Shown here in pieces: positions 29,119 through 39,248 of a stretch of DNA of 60,005 nt. Below the pieces are notes generated by a model. It ran no database searches, was not told where the DNA came from, and was given only the letters and a program-made list of their open reading frames with translations. This stretch comes from Candidatus Niyogibacteria bacterium (GTDB taxonomy: Bacteria > Patescibacteriota > Minisyncoccia > HO2-45-28). Location: NCBI GenBank assembly GCA_016181935.1, contig JACOYI010000006.1, forward strand, positions 1-60,005. Reading direction: 5' to 3'. Each line of letters starts with the position of its first letter. Position 1 is the first letter of the stretch. The position numbers were made by a program, and so were the translations under genes.

Positions 29119-29439
29119 ATGACATTTGCGGTCATCCGCACCGGCGGCAAGCAGTATGTGGCCCGAGCCGGTGAAAAACTCGAAATTGAGAAGCTCGAAG
29201 CCCCCCAAAAGGGGAATGCGGTGACCTTTTCCGAGGTGCTTTTTTATGCGGACGGGGAGCGCGTGGAGATCGGGCGGCCGCTTGTCGCGGGCGCCGAGGT
29301 CCGCGCCGAGTATCTGGATACAAAAAAAGACGATAAGGTCATCGTGTTCCGCTACCACTCCAAAACCCGCATGCGCAAAAAACGGGGCCACCGCCAGCCG
29401 CATACAACGGTGCTGGTAAAGGAAATCGTGCTCAAGTAA
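29119..29439 (+). CDS. rplU: 50S ribosomal protein L21
   Basis: FAVIRTGGKQY, GHRQPHT. Confidence 0.96.
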   Translation: MTFAVIRTGGKQYVARAGEKLEIEKLEAPQKGNAVTFSEVLFYADGERVEIGRPLVAGAEVRAEYLDTKKDDKVIVFRYHSKTRMRKKRGHRQPHTTVLVKEIVLK

Positions 29440-29450
29440 AACACGAAGGA

Positions 29451-29603
29451 TAGAACTCATCCCAAAGCCTCACTCGTGCATGCCGCGCGTAGGCACGCCG
29501 TATTTTTCTGCTGAAAAATCTGCTTACTCTCGCGCCGCCGCGCTCCGAGAATCCTACTCGCGGCATGCGCTCGTTCCAATCAACGGTTTTGGGATGAGTT
29601 CTA
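29451..29603. mobile_element. 153-bp MITE-like element, copy 2 (inverted), inserted in a family A palindrome
   Basis: Reverse complement aligns end to end with 7230-7382; flanks rejoin as AAGGA-TA-GTCCTTTTCTGA...ACTACCCTTTG. Confidence 0.85.
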
Positions 29604-29634
29604 GTCCTTTTCTGACAGAACTACCCTTTGTGTT

Positions 29635-31503
29635 TTACTTGAGGTGATAGATAAAAATCGCTGTTCCCGCGCGCGCGACAGGCTCCTTGTCCTTAAGCCA
29701 CGCATAAGAATCCTCGGGGCGAACAATAAACCCTTTGACCGGCCGCGCTTGGGCTCCTTTTAACAAAGTCGCCGACACCGCGATCCATTCAGGGTCGCCC
29801 CCCGCAACATTCGGCGCGCCTTTTGCCGAGTACCACGGAACGAATTTTTCGCCGAGATAATAGGCGGGGGAACCGCCGCCGAAATAATCCACGCCGATCT
29901 TTTGAATGTTGTTTTTCTCGACGAATTTCTTGAGCCGTTTTAAATCCTGCCCCCAATCGAAATTCGAATCCACGATGAAATTGTGGCCGTTCGCCGTGCC
30001 GCCCGCAAGCGCATTATAATACGAAAGATAATACGGAAACGCCGCGATCGTCGATAACGCCATCCACGTAAGAAGCGCCATCAGGACCAAAACGCGCGGC
30101 GCGGCTTTGATATATCGCCGATAGATCGTGATGAACCACTCCCGCATGGTCTGGGGATCCGGATAGGCATTCCATGATATCCCGCGGATGATCTCGCGCG
30201 CGACCAACAAATAGATGAACGGGAATGTCGGGAGGACATGGCGCACGCCGATGTTGAGCAAACTCGTCACGGATTGCAGCCAATAGACGCCGATAAAAAG
30301 AATACCGGCGGTGAGCACGAAGTTATCGCGCATCCATTCGAATACCGCGCGGAGCGACCACCGGGACCGCGCAACAAACCAACCCGTTATCAAGAGCGAA
30401 GAGGCCGCAAGAAGCAAAAAGGGGAGCGGCTCCTTCAAAAGAAATGCGACCGGAAAATACCACCGCCATCCCTGATTGGTGACATCGCCCAAAAAGAATG
30501 TCGTATTCCCGCCGGCCGCGCGTTGAACCACCATCAAGACCCCCAGCGCATACTCTGCGAGCGGGCGCGACAGCGGATGCTCGACCATCCAGAGCGTCGC
30601 CGACGCCGCAGGCCGAAATCCAAATGTGCGCAATAAATACGCGGAATCCGCGAGTTGGCGTTCGGGTGGATAATTTTGGACATGAAATGCATATACCCCC
30701 CAAACCAAAACGAGCGCCAAAGCGCCGATGGCCGCGAGCTTCGGCAAAAGTAAAACGAATGAACGGAACGCCCCGCCGATCGGCATCAGGAATCCCCGAA
30801 GCCGCGCGTGATCGGCGTGCGAAAGAACGAGCCAGAGCACCACATACATCGCGTACAGGGGCGGCAGAAGAATGGTCGAAAATTTCAGCAGGAGTGCGGC
30901 GCCGAATGCCAGACCCGCAATGATGGTCCGCATCCACGACGGGCGTTCCAAAAAAGCCGTGAATGTCGCGATCCCGACAAAAAACGCGAACGCGGCCGCT
31001 ACATCCGTTGTCACATACCGCGCGTGCGCAATGAACGTCGGAGAAAAACTGAAGAAGAAAAGCGCAAGCAGGGCGACTTTTACGCCGTATCGGGACCGCA
31101 CCCATACAAAAAATAACCATCCGAAAAAAAGCGCCAGAAGCATCATCGGCAGGCGCGATGCAAAAAGGATAGCGCCCGCGCGATTGCCGGATTCGTAGAG
31201 ATAGAGCCGCCCCATCTCCCATTGACCGTTCAAATCTTCTGTCCATGCGCTCGCGCCCGTCGGAAAATTCGGGCGAAGGAAAAAATAAGGGATGACCGCG
31301 GAAAGGTCCTTGATGAGCGGCGGGTGTTCCGGATTCAGGCGATAATCGCGCTCCGATAAATAGGAGAACCCGGCGGGAATATGCGCCTGCTCATCGGTGG
31401 TCGCGGAATCACCAAGCACGGAGCCGACCATAAGAACCGCCATGACCGCAAGCATCCCCCCTGCCAGCCAATTCGACGCCTTGTGATAAAATTCCGCAAA
31501 CAT
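29635..31503 (-). CDS. GT-C fold membrane glycosyltransferase (GT39/PMT-like)
   Basis: T.DE..H, NPEHPPL.K, many TM helices, DSNFDWGQDL. Confidence 0.85.
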   Translation of the reverse strand: MFAEFYHKASNWLAGGMLAVMAVLMVGSVLGDSATTDEQAHIPAGFSYLSERDYRLNPEHPPLIKDLSAVIPYFFLRPNFPTGASAWTEDLNGQWEMGRLYLYESGNRAGAILFASRLPMMLLALFFGWLFFVWVRSRYGVKVALLALFFFSFSPTFIAHARYVTTDVAAAFAFFVGIATFTAFLERPSWMRTIIAGLAFGAALLLKFSTILLPPLYAMYVVLWLVLSHADHARLRGFLMPIGGAFRSFVLLLPKLAAIGALALVLVWGVYAFHVQNYPPERQLADSAYLLRTFGFRPAASATLWMVEHPLSRPLAEYALGVLMVVQRAAGGNTTFFLGDVTNQGWRWYFPVAFLLKEPLPFLLLAASSLLITGWFVARSRWSLRAVFEWMRDNFVLTAGILFIGVYWLQSVTSLLNIGVRHVLPTFPFIYLLVAREIIRGISWNAYPDPQTMREWFITIYRRYIKAAPRVLVLMALLTWMALSTIAAFPYYLSYYNALAGGTANGHNFIVDSNFDWGQDLKRLKKFVEKNNIQKIGVDYFGGGSPAYYLGEKFVPWYSAKGAPNVAGGDPEWIAVSATLLKGAQARPVKGFIVRPEDSYAWLKDKEPVARAGTAIFIYHLK

Positions 31504-31533
31504 CCCTTCCATTATATGGTATACTCAATTCAT

Positions 31534-31719
31534 ATGGAAACACTCCCACCCGATCGCGAGGCGGGGCATGCCGCCCAAATCGAAGCACTGCTCGAGATCG
31601 CGCGCAAAAAGGGGCTGGAAGAAGCGGTCAACGAGGCGCGGAGAACCAATAATCCCCACATTTTAGACGATCTCCACGACCGATTGGCGACCGAGATCCG
31701 CCGGTCGCTTCTCGAATAA
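31534..31719 (+). CDS. Small hypothetical protein
   Basis: METLPP...KGLEEAV..AR..NNPHILDDLHD.L; TATACT upstream; directly precedes the ATPase gene. Confidence 0.65.
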   Translation: METLPPDREAGHAAQIEALLEIARKKGLEEAVNEARRTNNPHILDDLHDRLATEIRRSLLE

Positions 31720-31721
31720 CA

Positions 31722-34166
31722 ATGTCCGGCGTTCTGCTTTTGTGGTTCGTTATCGGTGCGGGAGCTCTGTTGGTGAGCGCCAGCGTATTTCTTTTTTTAC
31801 GACGCCTCGGCGCTTCGGCGCGACTCCGAACCGAACTCGATTTCGCGCTCTACGAGGTCACCCTGCCGGCGCTTACGGGAGCCCAAACCGGTTCATTCCG
31901 CGACAAGATCGCGGTCATGGAACAATTTTACGTGGGGATGACCGCGCTTTTTGAGCGGCGTCTTTTTATCGGCCGCACGTCCTACGCGCTTGAGATCGGC
32001 CTCCCGTCCATAGGTGAGGAACTTTCGTTTTTCGTCGCCGTTCCCGCAAAACGCGCGCGCCTTTTTGAAAAACAGCTTTCGAGCGTTTTCCCGCAAGCGC
32101 ATATCGAACTCAAAGCCGGGGATTATAACATCTTCAATCCGGCAGGCGTCGCCGCCGCCGGCTCCCTGACGCTTGAAAAAAATCCGGCGCTTTCCCTTCG
32201 GACCTATGCGCGGCTGGACGCCGATCCGCTCGAAATCATTGCGAATGCGTTTTCCAAACTCCAAAAAGAAGGGGAGGGAGCCGCGCTTCAGATCGTTCTT
32301 TCTTCGGCGCCGTCCCGATGGCGCGTCAAGATCAAAAAGGCGGCTTCCGCCCTTCGCGCGGGCAAAAGCATCAAGAGCGTGCTCCAGGAATTCGAGGAGG
32401 GACGACGATGGTTCCGCGATGCGTTGGATGCCGTCGTTTTCTTGATCAGCGGACACCATGCGTTCCGCGGTCCCGAATCGAAACCGGCGCCGGAGCTTGA
32501 GCCCAGACAAACATCCCTCGACACCGAGCTCATCAAACTCGTGGAAGAAAAAGCGTCCTCAACGATCATGTCTGCAAACATCCGCATCGCGACGTCCGCC
32601 GCGACTCAAGACGATGCCGATACGATTTTAAAAGAGGTGGCATCGGCTTTTCTGCAGTTCGCCGAACCCTCGGGCAACGCGTTCAAGATCCGCGTCGCCG
32701 AAGGCCGCGAATTAAAAAAGGCCCTGTATCAATTCACGTTCCGCGAATTCGACCGAAAACAAAGCGTCATCCTTTCGACGCGCGAATTGACGAGCATCTA
32801 CCACTTTCCGGTCGGGGCGACCACCCCCGCCATCAAAACGCTCCGAGGCCGCGAAGCGCCGCCGCCTGTCGGACTTTCTCCGGACGGCCTGCTCCTCGGC
32901 ATCAATACGTATCGCGGACAGCAGATGGACGTCCGCCTTCTGCGCGATGACCGGCGCCGGCACTTCTACGTCATCGGACAGACCGGCACCGGGAAAACGG
33001 CCCTTCTTCAAAATTTGATCGTGCAGGATATCCGCGCGGGGGAGGGTGTTTGCATCATTGATCCGCATGGCGACATGGCAGAAGCGATCGTGGGACTCGT
33101 GCCGGAAGAACGCAAAAGCGACGTGATCTATTTCGATCCCGGAACTATTGACCGCCCGCTGGGCCTTAACTTTTTGGAATATGATCCGGCGTATCCGGAG
33201 CAAAAAACATTCATTATCAATGAACTCTTGGAGATCTTTAAAAAACTCTACGCGGGCGTCCCCGAAGCGCTCGGCCCCATGTTCGAAACGTATTTTCGCA
33301 ACGCAACGCTCTTGGTGATCGAAGACCCCGCATCCGGAAACACGCTCCTCGAGATCGAGCGGGTCATGGCCGACAAGGAATTCCGCGACCTGAAGCTCTC
33401 GCGTTCAAAAAATCCCATTGTCAATGCATTCTGGAAAGATGTGGCGGAACGGACAGGCGGCGAGGCGTCGCTCGCGAACATGGTCCCGTATATCACATCA
33501 AAATTCGACACATTTCTTACCAACGAGATCATGCGGCCGATCCTGCTGCAGGAACATTCGTCGTTCCGGTTCCGCGAGGTCCTTGACCAAAAGAAGATCC
33601 TGATTGTCAACCTGTCCAAGGGGCGGGTGGGGGAGACGAACGCGGCGCTCTTGGGACTCATTATCGTCGGCAAGATCGCGATGGCGGCATTCTCACGCGT
33701 GGATATGCCGGAAGACAAACGCGCCGATTTTTATTTGTACCTCGATGAATTCCAAAACGTCATCACACCCACGATCTCGACGATTCTTTCGGAGGCGCGC
33801 AAATACCGCCTCTCGCTCATTATGGCGCATCAATTTTTGGGACAGCTCACGGATGATATCCGCAAAGCCGTGATCGGAACCGTGGGGTCGATCGCGGCAT
33901 TTCGCGTCGGCGCGGATGACGCCGAGGTTTTAAAAAATCAATTTGAGCCGGTATTCTCGGCGGCCGACCTCATGAATATCGAAAATTACCGCGCCTATGT
34001 CCGTTTGCTTGTCCGCGGCGAGACGCGGCGGGCATTCAATATCGCGTCGCTCCCTCCGGAAGCGGGCGACCCCGCGCGCGGGGCGGAGATCAAAACCCTC
34101 TCGACCCAGACCTACGGACGCCGGAGAGCAGAGATCGACATGGAGATCCAAAGGCGTTATCAATAA
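31722..34166 (+). CDS. Membrane-anchored VirB4/VirD4(TrwB)-like P-loop ATPase
   Basis: HFYVIGQTGTGKT, IIDPHGD, LYLDEFQ, SEARKY, AHQ. Confidence 0.9.
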   Translation: MSGVLLLWFVIGAGALLVSASVFLFLRRLGASARLRTELDFALYEVTLPALTGAQTGSFRDKIAVMEQFYVGMTALFERRLFIGRTSYALEIGLPSIGEELSFFVAVPAKRARLFEKQLSSVFPQAHIELKAGDYNIFNPAGVAAAGSLTLEKNPALSLRTYARLDADPLEIIANAFSKLQKEGEGAALQIVLSSAPSRWRVKIKKAASALRAGKSIKSVLQEFEEGRRWFRDALDAVVFLISGHHAFRGPESKPAPELEPRQTSLDTELIKLVEEKASSTIMSANIRIATSAATQDDADTILKEVASAFLQFAEPSGNAFKIRVAEGRELKKALYQFTFREFDRKQSVILSTRELTSIYHFPVGATTPAIKTLRGREAPPPVGLSPDGLLLGINTYRGQQMDVRLLRDDRRRHFYVIGQTGTGKTALLQNLIVQDIRAGEGVCIIDPHGDMAEAIVGLVPEERKSDVIYFDPGTIDRPLGLNFLEYDPAYPEQKTFIINELLEIFKKLYAGVPEALGPMFETYFRNATLLVIEDPASGNTLLEIERVMADKEFRDLKLSRSKNPIVNAFWKDVAERTGGEASLANMVPYITSKFDTFLTNEIMRPILLQEHSSFRFREVLDQKKILIVNLSKGRVGETNAALLGLIIVGKIAMAAFSRVDMPEDKRADFYLYLDEFQNVITPTISTILSEARKYRLSLIMAHQFLGQLTDDIRKAVIGTVGSIAAFRVGADDAEVLKNQFEPVFSAADLMNIENYRAYVRLLVRGETRRAFNIASLPPEAGDPARGAEIKTLSTQTYGRRRAEIDMEIQRRYQ

Positions 34167-34173
34167 TTCATTC

Positions 34174-34779
34174 ATGATGATGCGTGATTTTTATTTAGCG
34201 GGGCTTGCGGGGCTCATCACCGGAATACTCGTCATCCCGATCCTGAAAAATTTTTCCATCTCTATTCTTTACGGCATCGTTGTTGTGCCGCTCTCAATCG
34301 GAATAGTATTCGCCGCCGGCGTCCTGATCGCGCGATGGCTTGGCCGGTGGATACGATGGTTTTTCCAGTTTTCAAAATTTGTAATAACGGGATTCATGAA
34401 CGCGGCGATCGATTTCGGCATTTTGAATCTTCTGATATACCTTTCGGGAATTTCTGCGGGTGTCGGTTTTATCGTATTCAAGGGCGTGAGTTTCATCATC
34501 GCAAACATCAATAGCTACGTCTGGAACCGCGGGTGGGTCTTCAAAAGGGACCAGACCTCCACGCCACCCATGACACAAAAAGAATATGCGCAATTCCTTC
34601 TAGTAAGCGTCGTCGGCATCTCCATCAATGTGGGCGCGGCAACGCTCGTTGTGAACGGCGTGGGGCCGCAATTCGGCCTTGGCGGAAAGGCATGGGCAAA
34701 CGTGGGAGCTGCCGCCGGCTCGGCCGCCGGGCTTTTTTGGAACTTTTTGGGCTACAAATTCATCGTTTTTAAAGCGTGA
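34174..34779 (+). CDS. GtrA family membrane protein
   Basis: QFSKF...G..N..IDFG.LN, NSYVWN..WVF, WNFLGYKFIVF. Confidence 0.88.
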   Translation: MMMRDFYLAGLAGLITGILVIPILKNFSISILYGIVVVPLSIGIVFAAGVLIARWLGRWIRWFFQFSKFVITGFMNAAIDFGILNLLIYLSGISAGVGFIVFKGVSFIIANINSYVWNRGWVFKRDQTSTPPMTQKEYAQFLLVSVVGISINVGAATLVVNGVGPQFGLGGKAWANVGAAAGSAAGLFWNFLGYKFIVFKA

Positions 34780-35964
34780 TCAGCTTTCGACTTCGTCCGG
34801 CTCAGCGGCGAGCTTCTTACGCGAAACCGTGAGCGTTTCGGTTATTTTAGGGGTCGCGAATGCCGCGATTTTTTCCTGAACTTCGGGAGGTAGAGAGGGG
34901 ATGAGCGCCGCTAATTTTCGCTCATCGGCTTTCAATATCTCGTTCCATTTACCGATGGATTCAAGGATCGCGCGAACCCCATCCAGATCGTAGTCAACCG
35001 CGGTCTTTATGGTGCGCGAAATAGAACCGTCAGGCGCAAACACGCGGAGCAAATTTTCTTTCTGCATGTAATTTGCAAGGGTCGCGTAAAGTTCCTTGAT
35101 GCGTTTCGTGTTTTTTTGCGATTCGGCTTTCAGTTCCAGATATTCGTGGATAACGGCCTTGATCTCGTCGGCGTCGGGCGTCTTTTCGTCCTTCGTATAT
35201 AAATGTTTCCACACCGGACACATCGGGCGATACCCGCACCAATCGCATAGGGGAGACGGGATCGGTTCAAAATCGCTCGTCGTCTTCTTTGCCTCGATCT
35301 CGCGGATCGTCGAAATAATGGACTCGCGGGTTTCCCTCAGATGTTCTGCGCTCCGCGCCGTGGTTATTTTTTCATTGTGTTTCAAAAAGTGCAGCGATAA
35401 TCGGATGGTCTTGTCTTTCAAATGCGGCCAGCGGTGGGTGAGACCCATATGGTAAATGGAAAGCTGTAAATTCGCATCCGCCTTTTCCTGCGACGGCATG
35501 CGCTTGGATGTCTTGTAATCGATGATCTCATACGTATTGTCATCGGGCTTGTCGATCCGGTCCATGATGCCCGCAAGCGTGTGCGTGACGCCGGTCTTTG
35601 TATCTTCAAGCGGAAGTTCAAAGCGCGATTCAAGGTCCACGACGTTGAAATTCCATGGCTGGTTGGATGCATAAAAGCGTTTGAGGATTTCGATGCCCTG
35701 TTCGCGGAACATTTTTTCCTCCCTCTCGTCCGACCACGGGACCTTGGGCGCATATTGGGCCCAGCCGGACAAATAAAAATTCACCACCTCGTCGAGCGTG
35801 GGGTAGAGGGGATCGCGCGAAAACATGTGTTTGAGCGCGCTATGCAGAAGCGTGCCGAACACGGCCTCCTTGGATTTTACGCCCCGAATTTTATCGATTT
35901 CGGAGAACTTGTATTTAAGAGGGCAGGTCTTATAGGTTTCGAGCGCGGTGTAGGAGATTCGCAT
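34780..35964 (-). CDS. PD-(D/E)XK nuclease (RecB/AddB-nuclease-like)
   Basis: SYT.L..Y..CP.KY, G.MDRID, IIDYKT, QL.IY, C.WC.Y...C. Confidence 0.88.
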   Translation of the reverse strand: MRISYTALETYKTCPLKYKFSEIDKIRGVKSKEAVFGTLLHSALKHMFSRDPLYPTLDEVVNFYLSGWAQYAPKVPWSDEREEKMFREQGIEILKRFYASNQPWNFNVVDLESRFELPLEDTKTGVTHTLAGIMDRIDKPDDNTYEIIDYKTSKRMPSQEKADANLQLSIYHMGLTHRWPHLKDKTIRLSLHFLKHNEKITTARSAEHLRETRESIISTIREIEAKKTTSDFEPIPSPLCDWCGYRPMCPVWKHLYTKDEKTPDADEIKAVIHEYLELKAESQKNTKRIKELYATLANYMQKENLLRVFAPDGSISRTIKTAVDYDLDGVRAILESIGKWNEILKADERKLAALIPSLPPEVQEKIAAFATPKITETLTVSRKKLAAEPDEVES

Positions 35965-36075
35965 AAAGGGTAGTCCTTGTCTGATTCCTAAGGACTACCC
36001 TTTAGGGTAAAGAAAAACCGTGTATCAGTAAAACCAAAAAGGGTAGTCCTTGTCTGATTCCTAAGGACTACCCTT
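35964..36075. repeat. Two tandem family A palindromes (35964-36004 and 36039-36075)
   Basis: AAGGGTAGTCCTT-GTCTGATTCCT-AAGGACTACCCTT twice. Confidence 0.9.
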
Positions 36076-36127
36076 GGGGGAGCGCCTATTGCAACGTCGC
36101 ACAACCTCCATTTACCGACGTTGTGCC

Positions 36128-36415
36128 CTATTTTGTAAACAAATTTTCCCCGCCTTTGAGATTCGTGAAAAAGTCAAGCGCCGGTTCCCAGATGAATTCG
36201 CGGATGATCCCTCCCCACAAGACATTCCACACGGCTCCGATGGGCCCTTGGAGCCACTCGCCCCATGCGAACGACACAGCGCGGCCGATGAACCCGAAAT
36301 TTTCCTGCAGGGTTTTATTTTCAAATAATGCCGAGAGGGAAACGCCGAGCAAACTCAAAATCACAACCAATAGAGCAAGAATGATGATAAGTTGTACAAA
36401 GCCTCGGTTCGCCAT
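36128..36415 (-). CDS. Small membrane protein with pilin-like N-terminus
   Basis: MANRG-FVQLIIILALLVVILSLLG. Confidence 0.6.
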   Translation of the reverse strand: MANRGFVQLIIILALLVVILSLLGVSLSALFENKTLQENFGFIGRAVSFAWGEWLQGPIGAVWNVLWGGIIREFIWEPALDFFTNLKGGENLFTK

Positions 36416-36457
36416 TAAAATTTCACTTTTTCGATTTTCGATTTTAAATTTTAATTT

Positions 36458-37870
36458 TTACAGGTAGGCCAACGGATTCAAATAACCGCCGAAAGGCAGA
36501 AATTCGCAGGTGCTTCGGAGCGAGCGCGACGGACCGAACCGCACGGTGCTCGCATCATAGAGCGTAAAGTGCAGGTGCGAGCCAGCCGGGCCGGCAGGGA
36601 CCGTATAACCGGAATATCCGGAATATGCGATAATCTCTCCCCTTTTCACTGTATCACCTTTTGAAACTTTACTTAATGACAAATGTGCATAGAGTGTCGC
36701 AAAATTACTCGGATGCCGGATAAGAACCCATTTGCCGTACGACAGACATCGCGGAAACGCATCCGTATCGCCGGTCTCCCATACGACTCCGTCATCGGCG
36801 GCCAGGACCCGCGTTCCGGCGCGCGCGCGGATATCGATGCCATTATGCGGTTTGCCGTCGTATAGGATCTTTGCGTCCGGCGTATTCCCAAAACTCTGCG
36901 TCAACACCGCCCCCGTGACCGGCCAAGACAGAACTCCGGCGCGCGCCAGCGGTAACGCGGAGGGATCGATGAGTTTACGGAGTTCATTTTCTATCCCGAA
37001 GATCTCGGTCTCGAGCGCGGCGCGCAATTCCTCGCGTTCCCGCAATTCTGCCTGATACGCGGTTTCGCGGCTTTTAGTTACCGCCAAAAGTGCACTTTTT
37101 TCTTTTCGAACGCTTTCCTCGATGACCTTGCGGTCCGTCAATTCGCGCCGCAATACGACAAGCGATCCTCTTTGCGCTTCGCGATCCTCCATTTCCGCGG
37201 CAAGGCTCACTCGCACGGCCTGCAAATAATTGAGTTCCCGCTCCACCGACCCTCCAAGATCCTGGACATTTTCCAGATCGCTGAAAAACGAGGAGAGTGT
37301 TGCGTGCGCGAGCAATACGGCAAAGAGCGATTGCGATTCGCGCTCATACAGCGTGCGCAACAATTCCGCGAGCGCCCCCCGGAATCCATTGATCTCAACC
37401 TCTTTTTTGCGGATCGCGAGATCCAATTCTTCCAACTTCAATTCCGTCGCTTCGACTCTCTTCTGGGTCAGGCGGATATCGCCGGAGAGCGAGGAGATCG
37501 CAGCGTTCACCGCCTTGACTTGGTTTGAAAGTGTTTTGGCCTCCGCCCCGACTTTTTCGATCTCCTTCTGGAAGCCCGCGATCTCTTTTTCCAATTCCCC
37601 GATCTGCTGATTTTTTTCGGCGATGCGGGAACGCAACAGCTCTTCCGCGGATACGGGCGTTGAAGTCGCCGCGATCTCCGTCGTGGTCGCTTCGGCGAGT
37701 TGGCCGGCCTCGCCCGCCGAGCCGAGCGGGCGAGATGGGTCTTGGGCCCCCGCCACCCCAAAAGACACCATCCAGATCAGAAAACCAAAGACAAGAGATC
37801 GAAGCGGCGCGCTAGAACCCATCTCAAATGCATTTTTGAGATGGGTTCTATGTACAATGAGTGATCGCAT
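36458..37870 (-). CDS. Coiled-coil + M23 peptidase (murein hydrolase/EnvC-like); start uncertain
   Basis: HNGID, TLYAHLS, HLHF after a long coiled coil. Confidence 0.88.
   Translation of the reverse strand: MRSLIVHRTHLKNAFEMGSSAPLRSLVFGFLIWMVSFGVAGAQDPSRPLGSAGEAGQLAEATTTEIAATSTPVSAEELLRSRIAEKNQQIGELEKEIAGFQKEIEKVGAEAKTLSNQVKAVNAAISSLSGDIRLTQKRVEATELKLEELDLAIRKKEVEINGFRGALAELLRTLYERESQSLFAVLLAHATLSSFFSDLENVQDLGGSVERELNYLQAVRVSLAAEMEDREAQRGSLVVLRRELTDRKVIEESVRKEKSALLAVTKSRETAYQAELREREELRAALETEIFGIENELRKLIDPSALPLARAGVLSWPVTGAVLTQSFGNTPDAKILYDGKPHNGIDIRARAGTRVLAADDGVVWETGDTDAFPRCLSYGKWVLIRHPSNFATLYAHLSLSKVSKGDTVKRGEIIAYSGYSGYTVPAGPAGSHLHFTLYDASTVRFGPSRSLRSTCEFLPFGGYLNPLAYL
37813..37850. mobile_element. 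38-bp TIR-only derivative of the 153-bp element
   Basis: TAGAACCCATCTCAAA-TGCATT-TTTGAGATGGGTTCTA. Confidence 0.7.
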
Positions 37871-39248
37871 GATTGATGCGGGCAAGCGTTTCGTCCTTTC
37901 CCAGCGCATAGGCGAGTTCAAAAGGGCCGGGCGAATTTTTCTCGCCGGACAATGCGACGCGAAACGGCCATAAAACCGCCCCCCTCCCCTCGGCGTCCGC
38001 GTAGGGCCGGAGCGCGGCTTCAACAGACGAGGAACTCCAGTCCTCGAGCAGAGAAAGTTTTTCACGGATCGCCGTGAGATGCCGCGCGATCGCCGGACGC
38101 TCTTCCTGACCTTTCCAGCTCAAAAGTTCCGTATCATAGTCCGGCGTTTCCCACGCCCAGCGCGTCTGCTCCCCCATCGATGCAAGGGTCGTGAGCCGTT
38201 CCTGTGCGGTTTCCACGATTTTTCGCCAGCGCTCGGGATCCGCCGCGATCGCATCGCTCCACTGCGGAACAAAAAATTCGAGCTCGCGGGCGAGTTTCTC
38301 CACGTCCCGCATGCGGATATGTTCGCGATTCAACCAATTCAATTTTTCAATATCGAATACGGCTCCGGCTTTGCCGACCCGTTCCAGCTCGAAATCACGG
38401 ATCAACGCATCGAGCTCAAAAACATCGGTGTCGCCCGCCGGATGCCATCCCAAAAGCGCCATAAAATTCACGAGCGCCTCCGGCACATATCCCTGTTCCT
38501 TGTACTCCAAGAGCGACGTCTCGCCATCACGCTTGGAAAGTTTGGAGCGATCTCGGCCCAGCACCAGCGGCAAATGCGCGTACGCCGGACGACCGAATCC
38601 GAGCGCCTGCTGAAGCAGCAGCTGCTTCGGCGTATTCGAAATATGGTCTTCTCCGCGGATCACGTGGCTCACGTTCATCTCCGCATCGTCAACCACGACC
38701 GCAAAATTATAGAGCGGCGTTTTAAAATCCTTCGCAATGGAAAAATCGCCTACGAGATCCGCACGCGTGCGGATCTCTCCGCGGATCAGGTCATCAAAAA
38801 CGATGTCCCCATCCGCCGTATTTTTGAACCGGAATACGCCATCCCCATCCGCGCCTCGCTCCGCATCCCGGAATTCGCATTGATGGACCGGCGGCGCTTT
38901 TGCCTCACTCTGGGCCGCCCGCTCGGCTCCGAGTTCTTCAATGGTATGCGGACACCAATACATCGCGCCGTCGTCGTGGAGTCTGTGCAGCTGTCGCTCA
39001 TAGAGCTCCGTGCGCTCGGATTGGCGGTAAAACTCATCCCATGCCAAACCCAGCCATTCGAGCGCGGCTTTGATCTCATTCTCGTATTCCCGGCGCGAGC
39101 GCAGAGTATCGGTATCTTCGATCCGGAGAATGAACGCGCCGCCGAATTTACGGGCGTAGACAAAATTAAAAAGCGCGGATCGCGCCGTTCCGACGTGCAA
39201 AGCTCCCGTGGGCGACGGAGCGATACGGGTTCGGATGTTATTTTGCAT
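37848..39248 (-). CDS. gltX: Glutamate--tRNA ligase
   Basis: RIAPSPTG.LHVG, LRIEDTD, HVIRGEDH, KLSKR. Confidence 0.97.
   Translation of the reverse strand: MQNNIRTRIAPSPTGALHVGTARSALFNFVYARKFGGAFILRIEDTDTLRSRREYENEIKAALEWLGLAWDEFYRQSERTELYERQLHRLHDDGAMYWCPHTIEELGAERAAQSEAKAPPVHQCEFRDAERGADGDGVFRFKNTADGDIVFDDLIRGEIRTRADLVGDFSIAKDFKTPLYNFAVVVDDAEMNVSHVIRGEDHISNTPKQLLLQQALGFGRPAYAHLPLVLGRDRSKLSKRDGETSLLEYKEQGYVPEALVNFMALLGWHPAGDTDVFELDALIRDFELERVGKAGAVFDIEKLNWLNREHIRMRDVEKLARELEFFVPQWSDAIAADPERWRKIVETAQERLTTLASMGEQTRWAWETPDYDTELLSWKGQEERPAIARHLTAIREKLSLLEDWSSSSVEAALRPYADAEGRGAVLWPFRVALSGEKNSPGPFELAYALGKDETLARINHAITHCT

Noticed and set aside
31722..34166. Conjugative element based on the VirB4/VirD4-like ATPase
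   Set aside because: No relaxase, mating-pair genes, integrase or att sites; the gene sits among ordinary chromosomal genes
35964..36075. Two-repeat mini-CRISPR
   Set aside because: The repeat is the dispersed family A palindrome found singly and in both orientations elsewhere
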